NCBI GenBank assembly: GCA_963681965.1
Contig: OY820579.1
Location: 3,872,001-3,936,000, forward strand
Length of the DNA: 64,000 nucleotides
Direction of reading: 5' to 3'
Source: a bacterium
GTDB lineage: Bacteria > Electryoneota > JAOADG01
A program made the position numbers and the translations under genes. Below are positions 39,221 to 50,400 of this stretch, one piece after another. Below the pieces are notes generated by a model. The model had not been told where the DNA came from, made no database searches, and saw only the letters and a list, made by a program, of their open reading frames with translations. Within the stretch, counting starts at the first letter, position 1. Each line of letters opens with the position of its first letter.

Positions 39221-39757
39221 TTACTTGGCTTTCTTGCTGTGTGCTACCTTTGCCCACATTTCATCGAACTTGAATTCACCCTTGTGAGTCGGGCTCTTCT
39301 CGTTGTGACAAGTGACGCACCCTTTTTTGGGATCGGCAGTCATACCGGCGGCGACGCTGGCATCGTGATCCTTCATCACCTTCATCGGGCTGTAATCGGC
39401 ACCGGCACCGTGACACGCTTCGCAGCCAACGCCTTCATCCTTTAATTCGGCATTGATCACGTGGCAGGACAAGCACTGGGGATTATCCTGAGCAGTGCCT
39501 TCGAGCTTCAACGTTTTCATCACGGCAGCAGATTCTTCACCACTCAAACGCTTGAATGCGTTGGCATGAGCAGTTTTTGCCCAAGTTTCGGCAATTTCAC
39601 CCTTCGCCGGTCCTTTGTGACACATTGAACATTTTTTGGCTCCGACAAAAGCGTGAGCTGGTGCGGCATCCTTCGCGGCTTTTTCTTCGGCTAACGCACT
39701 GGTGGTAAACGCAATTGTAACAACCAGAGCCAATGCCACGAGTAGTAGTTTCTTCAT
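39221..39757 (-). CDS. Periplasmic tetraheme cytochrome c (c554-family domain)
   Basis: FVGAKKCSMCH..W..TAHA, CLSCH, GVGCEACHG, CVTCH; RBS GAGGAGG before MKKLLL. Confidence 0.9.
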   Translation of the reverse strand: MKKLLLVALALVVTIAFTTSALAEEKAAKDAAPAHAFVGAKKCSMCHKGPAKGEIAETWAKTAHANAFKRLSGEESAAVMKTLKLEGTAQDNPQCLSCHVINAELKDEGVGCEACHGAGADYSPMKVMKDHDASVAAGMTADPKKGCVTCHNEKSPTHKGEFKFDEMWAKVAHSKKAK

Positions 39758-39904
39758 TCTTGACCTCCTCCATTGATCGATCATTCATTAGGTTAAACGT
39801 ATGAATCAGTTAAAAAGTTTAGATCTCTTGTAGTAGTAAATTTGAAAACAAGTTCGCGACGTATCTAATTATATATCGACAAGTTAGTTCCGGATCCTGA
39901 ATAA

Positions 39905-40507
39905 TTATCTCCGTTGCTCGGTCGGTTTGTTCCAGAAATAGTAACTTTCCCGCGAGTGACAACGATTACAGGTCACGGTAGTACTATCAAATCCGATATC
40001 GTAATACATATCGATTCTGCCATTCATGTGCGTCGGCGAATCCCACAGGGTCGGTGCATCGTGACAGGTAGAACAATTGAAGTCCGTCAATTCGGTTAAA
40101 TGGAATTGATGACGCCCGACGCCGCGCACCGTCATATCGGTCTCGCCCGAAAGCGATCGGGGCGGTGCCCAATTCGCCATCGTGCCTTTCGCAGCTTCCC
40201 CACCGGAACCGTGACAGAAATTACAGTTGGTGACAATCCCGGTCGAATTGGAATTGTGGCATTCGTTGCAACCAACCCCTGACGTCCCGCCATCAAAATA
40301 AGTTCCGTGACAAGCTTGGCACTGGCGGATGTTGAAGTGATTTGCCCGAAGCCAGTCGGCATGTTTGGTTTCCGCCGGCGATCCAAAGTAAGGGTGCGAT
40401 TGATAAATCCCTTCCAACGGAGTATAATTTTTATTCTTCTCAACCTTGCAGCCCATCGTTAACAGGATCGACAGCGCCGCAATCAGAAACAATGCGATTC
40501 GGTTCAT
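39905..40507 (-). CDS. Pentaheme cytochrome c lipoprotein
   Basis: Lipobox LTMGC; CQACH, CNECH, CNFCH, CSTCH, CNRCH. Confidence 0.9.
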   Translation of the reverse strand: MNRIALFLIAALSILLTMGCKVEKNKNYTPLEGIYQSHPYFGSPAETKHADWLRANHFNIRQCQACHGTYFDGGTSGVGCNECHNSNSTGIVTNCNFCHGSGGEAAKGTMANWAPPRSLSGETDMTVRGVGRHQFHLTELTDFNCSTCHDAPTLWDSPTHMNGRIDMYYDIGFDSTTVTCNRCHSRESYYFWNKPTEQRR

Positions 40508-40519
40508 CGGTAGCTGCTC

Positions 40520-41215
40520 CTATTTGTTATGGCACCGGGCACAAGTGGGTTCGCTCTTGCCAACATCGTGACAGGCGAGACAAGTCTCGATAAATTTCTG
40601 TGCTTCATCGCGATGCGCACCGCCTTGCAGATTCGCCCAAGCGGAACCGAGCGGATGACGCATCGGAATCGAGGCGCGATGACAGGAAGTACAATATTCC
40701 CGGGTTTCGTGACAGGTCAGGCACCGTCCGCCGAATGCGGCATCGGTGGCATGATTGAACCGGTATCCGGCAGGATGCGGTTTGCCGGTGACGCCGGTGC
40801 TGTTATGACAGGCATCGCAACTGCTCTGATTGTGACAAACCCAGCATTCGGTTTTGCGTGCAGTCGCTTCGATCCCATGCAGATTTTTCGTCCAATCGGG
40901 GGTGATATGCGAAGTCGGTTTGCCGAAACCACCACCCTTTTTACCGTTGATATGACAAAAATCGCAATTTTCCTTACCGGCAAATTCGTGACACTCGACG
41001 CACTGTGCATGCTGCGGAAGTGCGTGAATACCGGGTTTTACTTCGCGGGTCGCATCATGACATTTGTCGCACGCGAGTCCGACTTCATCGTGATGATAGT
41101 TATGACTGAATTTCAGATTGGTGACCGATTCATTCATGCCGAATGCGATTAACGCTGATGCGGCAAGAACGATTACAATCAAAATGGGCAGGAGTAATTT
41201 TCGACTGTGTCTCAT
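40520..41215 (-). CDS. Periplasmic nonaheme cytochrome c
   Basis: FSH..H; 9 CxxCH; ATG 41215 overlaps the stop of the barrel gene. Confidence 0.92.
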   Translation of the reverse strand: MRHSRKLLLPILIVIVLAASALIAFGMNESVTNLKFSHNYHHDEVGLACDKCHDATREVKPGIHALPQHAQCVECHEFAGKENCDFCHINGKKGGGFGKPTSHITPDWTKNLHGIEATARKTECWVCHNQSSCDACHNSTGVTGKPHPAGYRFNHATDAAFGGRCLTCHETREYCTSCHRASIPMRHPLGSAWANLQGGAHRDEAQKFIETCLACHDVGKSEPTCARCHNK

Positions 41216-42471
41216 TTCGCACCTCCTGTCACAAACCGGACAGTGACTGAGCCGAGCGCACGATTGTCGCTGTTCAGAGCCGGGGTCTTGTAGTACTGGA
41301 ATTCGCCGCCGAATGTGATCCAATCAAGTTGCTTCGGAGTATAGCGACCGCCTAGATTTGCGGAAGTCGTTTGTCCCTTGACCAAACTTACACCATCCCA
41401 AGAGTAGTCGACCACCGAACTATTCACGTACAGATCGACTTGTTTATCGAAATTGTACCAACCGGACAACCATGGACCATAGGCTTTCGACAACTCACCC
41501 GAGGCGATGCGGTAACCAATCTGTCCGTATGGGGTTGTCACAACGGGACCGCCGCGAAAACCGGTGGCACCTTCCGTCATTGCCAGTGTTCCCTCGGCAC
41601 CCACTCCCCACTTCGCCGGTTCGAGGTAGTAATCAAGTGAACCACGGATTCGCTTTTCAGTCGGTAATTCGAAATTCTTGAACCAACTATTCGCGGCAAT
41701 TTCCGGAGAAAGCGCACCAATTTCGACAAATCCAACCAGCTTCGGAGAATAGTAACGAGTGCGAAGTGTCAGTTCGCGAATATCGGACGACATCAACCGA
41801 TATTGGGTCGTAAAGAGGAATGTCCACCGCTGATTCATCTTCCCGTACATCTGGATACCGAGCAAGCGGCGATAATTTTCACCTTCACGCGATTGATCGA
41901 CATAGGATAATTTCCAGATTTCTTCGTCGAGTGGTTTCCATTTCGGCATGCGATAGCGAATTTCGCCACCGACGAATGGCGAGGATCCTTTCGCCAATTC
42001 GAACCGGCGATTTTCGGGACCGTTGGTGCCGCCAATCAGGGTGAAGCCCAACGACTTCCATTCGCGCGATACTTCCATCCCATCGATGGTTCCGAGCGCG
42101 ACACCGCGATACAAAAAGAAGCGCCCGAGATTCACTTCCCATGGCGAATCGTAATCGTAGTAAGTGAGTTTCATCGCATAGAGTCGGGTTTCGGCAGAGC
42201 GCGAATATTTGTCGACATTGTCACCGCGATACTGAAGATGCGAATTAAATTTCCAGCCGCCGGGTAAATTGTTGACTGTCGCATTGACACCAGTGAATAA
42301 CCAAAGGTGATCTTTTGCGTCGCCGGAACCGGGATCAACCGCTTGGTAGCCGTATGCTTCGGTATAAAAATTACCGCGCAATTGCGGACGCGATGCTTCT
42401 GCCGCCAAAACGCTACTCGCGCCACAACACACTAACAAGAAAAGAGAAATTAGATATTTCCGTCGAATCAT
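41212..42471 (-). CDS. Putative outer-membrane beta-barrel (porin of a porin-cytochrome conduit)
   Basis: Signal peptide, LGRFFLYRGV..IDG, alternating strands, GSVTVRF near the end; translationally coupled to a multiheme gene. Confidence 0.78.
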   Translation of the reverse strand: MIRRKYLISLFLLVCCGASSVLAAEASRPQLRGNFYTEAYGYQAVDPGSGDAKDHLWLFTGVNATVNNLPGGWKFNSHLQYRGDNVDKYSRSAETRLYAMKLTYYDYDSPWEVNLGRFFLYRGVALGTIDGMEVSREWKSLGFTLIGGTNGPENRRFELAKGSSPFVGGEIRYRMPKWKPLDEEIWKLSYVDQSREGENYRRLLGIQMYGKMNQRWTFLFTTQYRLMSSDIRELTLRTRYYSPKLVGFVEIGALSPEIAANSWFKNFELPTEKRIRGSLDYYLEPAKWGVGAEGTLAMTEGATGFRGGPVVTTPYGQIGYRIASGELSKAYGPWLSGWYNFDKQVDLYVNSSVVDYSWDGVSLVKGQTTSANLGGRYTPKQLDWITFGGEFQYYKTPALNSDNRALGSVTVRFVTGGAK

Positions 42472-42625
42472 ATCGGTACCTTCACGGTTTTATTGCAATC
42501 ATTTCACGCAGTATTCAGCAATCCTTCGGTTGATAAAGATACCGTAAGATAAACCAAATTATGCTAGAGTCAGATTGAAATGACTGCAAATAAAACAAAT
42601 ACTGTGCTATCCCCTTAGTTACGTC

Positions 42626-45238
42626 CTATTTCGCTTCGTGATGTTTTTCTTCGGTCGAATTCGGGTCGCCTTCTTGCACAAATCCAGGTGTTTCGACAGT
42701 CTTATCGGCTGCCTGACCGTGGTGATGTTTCCACTCTTCGAGCGACATTCGACCCGTAATAAACGTCCAGCTCATCGGGTACTGCTTCGGATGCATCATC
42801 ACAAAGAAGAAGTGCCAGATGACAATTGCGCTGACCGCGAGTATTGCTTCATAGTAGTGGATAACACCAGCGACACGCACCACCCAGCCGGGCGACCACG
42901 ATGTCGCAATTGCCGGGAACCACAGAATGACACCGGTTACCGCCATGATGAAAGTACCCCAGACCAACGCCCAATATTCGGCTTTCTGGGTATAATCGTA
43001 CGCTTCAAATCGCGGTGGATCTTTCCGCAACCGGAGATGGAACATCACATTTTGAATTGCTAGTGTCGCATCGGCAAGGTTCGGCAAATAATTCTTGATT
43101 TTCTCGCGACCGCGTTGCGTGGTCAACACGAAATGGAGATGCCAGAACGAGTCGACCGTAAGCAATACCGCAAGAATACGGTGGATCAATGCGCGCCGGG
43201 TTTCATCCATACCGAGGAAATGCAATCCCTTCACCCACCAGGTGTCGGTATTGCGAAGCGCCAGACCGGTGATTCCGAGACCGATGAAGGTGATCAGCAA
43301 CAAATAATGTTGCTGCCGCTCGATCTTGTTCATCCGGACGATATACTTCTCGGTCAGGTGCTGTTTACGGTGTTCGCGAAGATGATAGGCATATACAATC
43401 ACATTGTGTACGAACATGCCACCGAGCACGAGAATAATGAGAATGATGTAGAATACGCGGACGTAGTCGTGAATTCCCCAGACCTGACCAAATGCCGCAT
43501 GCGAATAGGAAGCGGCAAATGCGGGATTGGAGTCTTTGTGACACTTGCCGCAAGTCGTGGCGATGTTGTCTTTGTATGTCGTCGACCGGGGATCGAGGTG
43601 ACTGTGAATGGCGTGAGTCGTATGGCAATCGTTGCAATTCGCGACGATCTTCGATTTACTTAACGCCCATCCGTGATAACTGTCCTGATAACTCTTCACG
43701 ACTCCGCGCCAAATTCCGAATCGGTCGGTGAGCGCGTTGTTTTCGTGACAGCGACCGCAATCCTTAGCCACATTCATCGGGGCAGTATTGGAAGCCGGAT
43801 TCGAGCGCGGTAGAATTAAGTGCGATTCGTGACAATCGTTACACGCTGGAGCGTCGACAACACCGCGTTTCGCGGCAGCGCCGTGAATTGAACTGGCATA
43901 CTCTTTTGCAGGCTTTTCGTGACACTTCCCGCACGCCGTGGGCAGATTCAACCGTGAGGTTGAGCTGGTAGGATCACCGGCGGTCTGGATCGTATGACTG
44001 CCGTGGCAATCGACACAAATGGCACCACGAACGTTGGATTTCTTGTTCACCCATTCGCGCCACTTATCGGCGTGTACCGACTTCGACCAATTCGAGAGTG
44101 TCATCGGCATGCGCACAAAATCACTAGTGATCGTAAGACTGTCGCCGTGACATTTACCGCACGTAGAAGGGATATTGGCAGGATTCGCCATCGATTTTTC
44201 ATCGGTGACGCGCCGGACCCCGTGACCGCGATCGTGACAATCTCCGCAATTGGCTGCCACCCCTAATCCAGTGGGATCGTCGCGGAAGTGCATACTCTTT
44301 TTATACTGTTCCAACTCGTTCTTGTGACAGTCGCCGCAATGGAATGCCGGTTCGCCTTTGGTCAAATGCACCGAGTGGCAACTGGCGCAAGTCATTTCAT
44401 TACTGACCAATTTTGCCTGATGCACCGAACCGGAGAATTCACCCATCGTCTTCTTGTGACAGGTCAAGCAATTCGAGAAGGCATCGTTGGATCGTTTTGG
44501 ATCGGGAACGCCGTGCGGTTCGTGACAACTGGAACATGAGACGCGACGCGTAGAAAAAGTATCGATCGCAGCGGTCGTATGAATACCGTGAATGCCGTGC
44601 GGACCGTTACGGAGTTTTTCCATCGCATCGCTGTGACAATTCTGACAAGTACGAGTGATGGAAATTGGATCGCCAAGTTTGGTTTCACCATGCGGCGGAT
44701 GGCAAGTCGCACAACCGTTTTTCTTACCGAGACCGGGGAACTTTCGACTGTGAGTGCTGGCGTTGAATTTCTTCGCCTCTTCGGTATGACAGCGGATACA
44801 GGCAGTGCCTGCCGCACCGGAAGCGACCGAGGCGATGCGATGCGGATCGCCGGTACTGGAATGACAATCGTAGCAGTTCGCGGCTTGGAACGGGGCTTTG
44901 TCACCTCCATGACCGTGGACGCTCGTTTGCCACTTTTCGGGGATACCGGTATGGCATTCGCCACATTTCACCGGAGTGTAAGATTTGAAGTGCGGCGTAT
45001 TGTCCCAATCGCCGGTTTTATGGCAATCGACACAGGACAATGAACCGTGAATGCTCTTGGTGAATTGGTCGGAGACACCGACTTTCTTCCCCTTGGCATT
45101 TTTCAAATCGGGATCGGAATGGCACGTCAGACAGTTGCTGTTATCCGACCATTCGGAGCCAGCAGCGACTGAGTATTGACAAACCAACCACCCGCTCGCA
45201 AGTGCGAGCAGTAATAGCACTATTCGGATTCGTTGCAT
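42626..45238 (-). CDS. CbcL-like protein: 19-heme c-type domain fused to an FdnI/HydC-type cytochrome b membrane domain
   Basis: 19 CxxCH, then TM helices with QH, IHR, KAEYWALVWG, IHYYEAILA, IWHF. Confidence 0.92.
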   Translation of the reverse strand: MQRIRIVLLLLALASGWLVCQYSVAAGSEWSDNSNCLTCHSDPDLKNAKGKKVGVSDQFTKSIHGSLSCVDCHKTGDWDNTPHFKSYTPVKCGECHTGIPEKWQTSVHGHGGDKAPFQAANCYDCHSSTGDPHRIASVASGAAGTACIRCHTEEAKKFNASTHSRKFPGLGKKNGCATCHPPHGETKLGDPISITRTCQNCHSDAMEKLRNGPHGIHGIHTTAAIDTFSTRRVSCSSCHEPHGVPDPKRSNDAFSNCLTCHKKTMGEFSGSVHQAKLVSNEMTCASCHSVHLTKGEPAFHCGDCHKNELEQYKKSMHFRDDPTGLGVAANCGDCHDRGHGVRRVTDEKSMANPANIPSTCGKCHGDSLTITSDFVRMPMTLSNWSKSVHADKWREWVNKKSNVRGAICVDCHGSHTIQTAGDPTSSTSRLNLPTACGKCHEKPAKEYASSIHGAAAKRGVVDAPACNDCHESHLILPRSNPASNTAPMNVAKDCGRCHENNALTDRFGIWRGVVKSYQDSYHGWALSKSKIVANCNDCHTTHAIHSHLDPRSTTYKDNIATTCGKCHKDSNPAFAASYSHAAFGQVWGIHDYVRVFYIILIILVLGGMFVHNVIVYAYHLREHRKQHLTEKYIVRMNKIERQQHYLLLITFIGLGITGLALRNTDTWWVKGLHFLGMDETRRALIHRILAVLLTVDSFWHLHFVLTTQRGREKIKNYLPNLADATLAIQNVMFHLRLRKDPPRFEAYDYTQKAEYWALVWGTFIMAVTGVILWFPAIATSWSPGWVVRVAGVIHYYEAILAVSAIVIWHFFFVMMHPKQYPMSWTFITGRMSLEEWKHHHGQAADKTVETPGFVQEGDPNSTEEKHHEAK

Positions 45239-45700
45239 GATTTTCTCTGGGATCTGGGAATGTGGTGTACTTTCAACTGCCGAATATATGGGAAGTGGTA
45301 CGGAATTGCAACGTTTTTCACTAATTCCTACTAAATATTGATGGTATTTTGCCGGAATCCAGCGATATTAGTTCAATGAAATCAACTGCGCGAAATTCCA
45401 CAGTTCGCGATACTTTTCACTGACAGTCAAATAATGTATTGAATTAATGGACATAACAAATGGAATATTAATTCATATCAATAACTATCGATTCGATACT
45501 GAGACGCGGAAAAATTCACAATCGTCTAGCCAACTTCGTGAAAGAAATTGCAAAGACTGTCGAGTCACTCCGATGGAGCGAGGTCAAAATTTTCTTCGAA
45601 CTTATCTGTCGTTCAAAAAATCTACTTGGATAATCGGCAAAGCGTTGCGTTGATGTTGGGCAGTAAATATATTCGCCTGAATACCTACCTGACTTTTCGA

Positions 45701-45814
45701 TAATGGTTCTTGAAAATTAGTTGTCATGATGCGGAGTCAGGCTTCGCCTGACCTGCGGGCGGACGCGGGGATCCGCCCCTACCACCGATAACAACTTATT
45801 TTTAAGCGATCCGA
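45701..45814. mobile_element. 114-bp MITE-like element (27-bp TIRs) carrying REP hairpins
   Basis: TAATGGTTCTTGAAAATTAGTTGTCAT ... ATAACAACTTATTTTTAAGCGATCCGA; same length and interior as 56050-56163. Confidence 0.7.
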
Positions 45815-45890
45815 AATTGTGAATTTCATTAACAGCACGACTCGATTTTCAAACAGGAATCCAATCAAGTAACAATCTTCCGAGGTAACG

Positions 45891-47195
45891 ATGCAGCGTC
45901 TCCAATCCATCCTCTTGATCGTGTTCGTAGTCATTGCGCTGATTGCAACTAGCGGCTGCAAAGACGACAGCAAAGACAATCCAACCGGATCGGGTCCGGT
46001 CACCATCGCGGATGTCGCCGGCACATGGTTGAATGTGGGATATGGCAATACAAACGGTACCGTTCGAACCGTAGCGCTCGATACTAACACCACAACTTTT
46101 GTGTTGCAGTCGAATGGCGATTGGCGCACGACGATTGTGGGTACATCAGTCACCACATGGTTCGCGGGTCATTCGAGTATGAATGGTGATACAGTAATTT
46201 CTTCGATCGATTCATCGTCGAATGGAACAATGGTTGGCGCGACAATGCGTGCGAAAGTCGACTACCATTCGAATTGGATGGTGTTCTTGAGCTATAGCTC
46301 AGCGTCTTATTATGTCCGGCGGTCATCTTCCAGTGGTGTGATTGCGGGATTTGTACTCGACCAACAAAATCAATCGCTAACTTCGGCATCCATTTTGATT
46401 CCATTGGCTGCCGGATCGCCGCTCACAACGACTTCGCAGACCGACGGCTTTTTCGCAATCAGCCAGATTGCCACCGGAACATACCATGTTCAAGCCGATT
46501 ATGCCGGTCGCTCCGTGACCCGTACCGGTGTTTTTGTACAGAATGGCGGCTTGGCGAAAGTAGTGCTGAATATTCCCGATGCGAGTACCGGTTTGACGTT
46601 TGCCTCGTTAGCCGGAAATTGGAAGCAAATTGGATGGTTTAGCAGTACCGACAGCACCTGCGGAGTCGATGGCGAATCGATCAGCTTTCAATTTTACTCG
46701 AATGGAAATTTCTACCGGACAGCCGTGATGAGTTCGGTTTCATACTGGTGGGCTGGTCACTCGACCATTCAAGGCGACTCGTTATTTGTTACGATCGATT
46801 CTTCGTCGCACTCCGGCGATAGTGGCAGATCCTTCCACAGCAAGTGCGAGATGCATACAGATTATTGGGTATCGAAATCGACTGACGGATATGTCGAATA
46901 TTATGCGAAACTCGGAGTCAGTAGTGGGACTTTATCAGGTTTCGTGAAAGATAATTCAGGCAAAGCAATCAACAATGCCGCAGTCTCGTTCCAGATTGGA
47001 AGCGGCACTCCGATTACAACATCTTCCGACAGCTACGGAAATTATTATTTCGGATCAGTGACACCCGGTGTTTACAACGGTCTTGCGACGATAACAATCA
47101 ATTCCATTTCGCACAATGCCGGATTGACAAATGTGAATGTTACGGCACAAACCGTTACGATTGCTGAATTTCAGATCAGTACCGGTGCGAAGTAA
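45891..47195 (+). CDS. Lipoprotein with two tandem modules, each with a carboxypeptidase-regulatory-like domain
   Basis: Lipobox ATSGC; internal duplication (AGxW, AGHS..GD, IDSSS, SSG...GFV.D). Confidence 0.8.
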   Translation: MQRLQSILLIVFVVIALIATSGCKDDSKDNPTGSGPVTIADVAGTWLNVGYGNTNGTVRTVALDTNTTTFVLQSNGDWRTTIVGTSVTTWFAGHSSMNGDTVISSIDSSSNGTMVGATMRAKVDYHSNWMVFLSYSSASYYVRRSSSSGVIAGFVLDQQNQSLTSASILIPLAAGSPLTTTSQTDGFFAISQIATGTYHVQADYAGRSVTRTGVFVQNGGLAKVVLNIPDASTGLTFASLAGNWKQIGWFSSTDSTCGVDGESISFQFYSNGNFYRTAVMSSVSYWWAGHSTIQGDSLFVTIDSSSHSGDSGRSFHSKCEMHTDYWVSKSTDGYVEYYAKLGVSSGTLSGFVKDNSGKAINNAAVSFQIGSGTPITTSSDSYGNYYFGSVTPGVYNGLATITINSISHNAGLTNVNVTAQTVTIAEFQISTGAK

Positions 47196-47223
47196 ACATA
47201 TTTGGCAGTTAGTAAGGTAAAAC

Positions 47224-47254
47224 GGGCGGGCATCGAAGCCCGCCCCTTTTTTTT
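47224..47254 (+). terminator. Intrinsic terminator built on a REP-like hairpin
   Basis: GGGCGGGC-ATCGAA-GCCCGCCC followed by T8. Confidence 0.8.
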
Positions 47255-47441
47255 GGATGCAGGATCGGTAATGAGAAAAAAGAGTAATGAACCCCGGTTT
47301 GTTTTTCTGACCGAATCAAACAAATAGTCAAAAAATAGATATTTCGACCTAAAGAAGATTTCTTTTTGTAAAATTGAATTCAGAAGAATAAATTACATAG
47401 CTAAATCGTAAACTACTTGAATATTACAATTGGAGTTATCT

Positions 47442-50400
47442 ATGTCGTTTGAAAAATACTTTCGATTTGTCCTCTTGCTGATATTGGTTTTTTCTTCCTT
47501 GGCGATCGCTTCCAGCAACGTGAATAGTCATTCTGAAACTGCCATAACCATCGCTAATCCGCTTATTCCCTCGTCGACCGACAGTTACGGTGGTCCCGAT
47601 GTTCTCGGCTACCGCTGGCGCGATAACAATAGCGATGCGTATGGACCGGCATACAACTGGTACGATATCTCTTCGACCGGTACTGCGATCACGTTTGCAT
47701 CCGGTAACGATGCGATCGCCACGATTCCGATCGGATTTTCGTTTACCTATGACGGTTACGCTAAAACCCGGGTTGGCGTCGCAATCGACGGCTATCTCAG
47801 CTTTACCGATACCACGAGCGATGTTCCGTCCAACGTAGCGATCCCGACCTCGACCTCACCCAATTATATGTTCGCACCCTTTTGGGCAGATCTGTACATC
47901 GGCACGACGGCTCCGTTGGGTGTCAAATATCGCAATGTCGGTACCGACACACTGGTAATCTCCTGGACTACCGTAAAGAATACAGCACGAACCGATACAC
48001 TGCGGTTTCAAGCGATACTGGTGCGGAGTGGCGACATTTTATTCCAGTATAACACCGTGACGAATCCAGCTAGTGTTATTCCGTCAATCGGTATTGAAAA
48101 CCACAGTGGTCAGATTGGATTGCAAGTCGCTTACAATACTGCCTATGCCACTGCAGGGCGGGTCGTACGCTTTACAACTCGAGTACTATCCGGTACGAAA
48201 ACAGTAGGACGAACGACTTCAGATTACCCGACTATCGCTGCAGCACTCACCGCTCTCTATACCGACGGGGTTAGTCAAAATGGGGTGACTTTCGATTTCG
48301 AAGGGGGTCCTTTCACCACTCCGTTTACGGTTAATCCGTTCCCTGGGATGGGCACATCCAATCCGGTAATTTTTCGCGGTCACAATTCAGTGACTTTGAA
48401 TCCACCTGTGGGCAGTTACGCGATCACCTTAGCCGGTGTGCAATATGTGACGATCCAGGATTTTATTATTACCGACAATTCGACCGGATCGGGAGTCGCG
48501 CGTGGGGGTATCTGCATCACCAACAGCTCGGTAACCACCGGATCGCAGAACAATACGATTAAGAATTGCGCAATTACGATGCGAGTGTCGTCGACAACCG
48601 ATACATCCTGCGGCGTAATCGTAAAAAACAGCTACGCTCCTTCCGGTTCGAATGGCGCAAACAGCTATAATAATTTTCTTAATTTAAAAATCTCAAAATG
48701 CAACTACGGTGTCTACGAACAAGGCTCTGCCTACTATCTTAATGTCAATAATGAGTATGGCAGCGATAGTACCGGTACCGGTTACTCCAAACGGTTCACG
48801 ATCGGTGCTGCGATAAACGATACGATCGGCGGATATACTGGTTACAATGGTATCTATATCCAATACGCCAATGGAGTATCGATCCACGATTTGGATGTCT
48901 GCCAGGTCTACGGAACCGGTACAGAATTAAATGTAGCGGGTATTTATCTGACTGGTTTGATGAGTACCAGCGCAATCTACAACTGCCGGGTTCACGATAT
49001 TAATCTAGCGGCGGCGACCACTCGCAGTTGTTATGGCATGTTACTTTCCAGTGCAGGCACAGTAAATTGTTATAACAATATGATTTATGGTCTTTACGGG
49101 ATGCCTGCCACGAGTTCATATTACCTCAGAGGATTCCACACAACAAATCGTGTGAATTTTTATAATAATTCGATTGTAATAGACACCCTTAAGCCGAATA
49201 TCTCGCGCTCAGTTTCAGGATCCTATTGTTTCAGTAGTTATTATGGCGACGTTAATATGTACAACAACATCCTGAACAATACCCAGCGAAACTCAATCCT
49301 CATTTCTGTCTCTTCGGGTACTTTCAACAGCGATTATAACGCTTTCAATTTCCCAAGTGATAATCACTTTTTTATCAATGCTTACACCGATTGGGCAGGC
49401 TGGTTAGCACCCAATCGCGACCGTCATTCGGTGCTTGGGGTTCCCTCATTCGCCGGCTATACCTATCCTCCGGATTTCCACATTCAACTCAATCAAAGCT
49501 CGTCGATCGTAGAAGGTGCCGGGTTGCACGAAGCATTGGTTACGACCGATATCGACGGTGAAATACGAGACACGCTATCTCCGGATATCGGCGCCGACGA
49601 AGGGAGCTTCGCCCCAATTTTATCGACGATGAATTATCCGGCATCAATTAGTTTTAACGATACTCGAACAGCTCATTTCGATTCAGTGTTAGTATCGATC
49701 CGTCAAAGTCAGAATCGCGCATTCACATTCTCCAATATTCAAACCAGCAATAATTCAGTTTTCAGTTATCGTGTCGTTAATAGCGGATCGACCATCAACG
49801 TACGCGATACGCTCCAGATCTGGGTTCGATTCAAACCCGATACGACTATAACCTATACGGATACTTTGAGAGTAACTATCAGCAGCCCGTACAACAGTGT
49901 CGCCCTGCCACTCAATGGACGCGGCAACGGTTACTATGTATCCATGCCAGCTTCGAGCATGTGTTTCCCGAATCCGCTATCGCCGGGTCAATTCGCTTCA
50001 CTCGAGTTGCCGGTGATTGTTAGAGGAAATAGCGCACTCGACAGCGCACACTGGATCACTTTGCCGTCCAACGCGCCATTTTATGTTCTGCCCGGCACGA
50101 TGTCATCCCTCCCAGTTGGAAATATTGTACCGTCACGATTATACTTCGCTCCGACTACTTCGGGATCGTTCTCGGCACAGGTCGGTCTGGTTTCGAATGC
50201 TGCCAACGGCGACACAATCTTGATGAATGTCAGTGGTGTAGCGCAATCGGCAGTTGTGACACCGGGTCTGGGGATCGCGATAAACGAATACAATACGGTC
50301 TTGAATTGGTCTCGTCCCGATACGCTGGTGCAGTATTATCTGGTGTATTTCCGCAACAGCGCGACCATTCCGTGGCAATATCTGACGAGCACGACTGGAG

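Noticed and set aside
45296-45310. sigma54-like TGGTACGGAATTGCA near the CbcL-like start
   Set aside because: GG-to-GC spacing is 9 rather than 10, and it points away from that gene.
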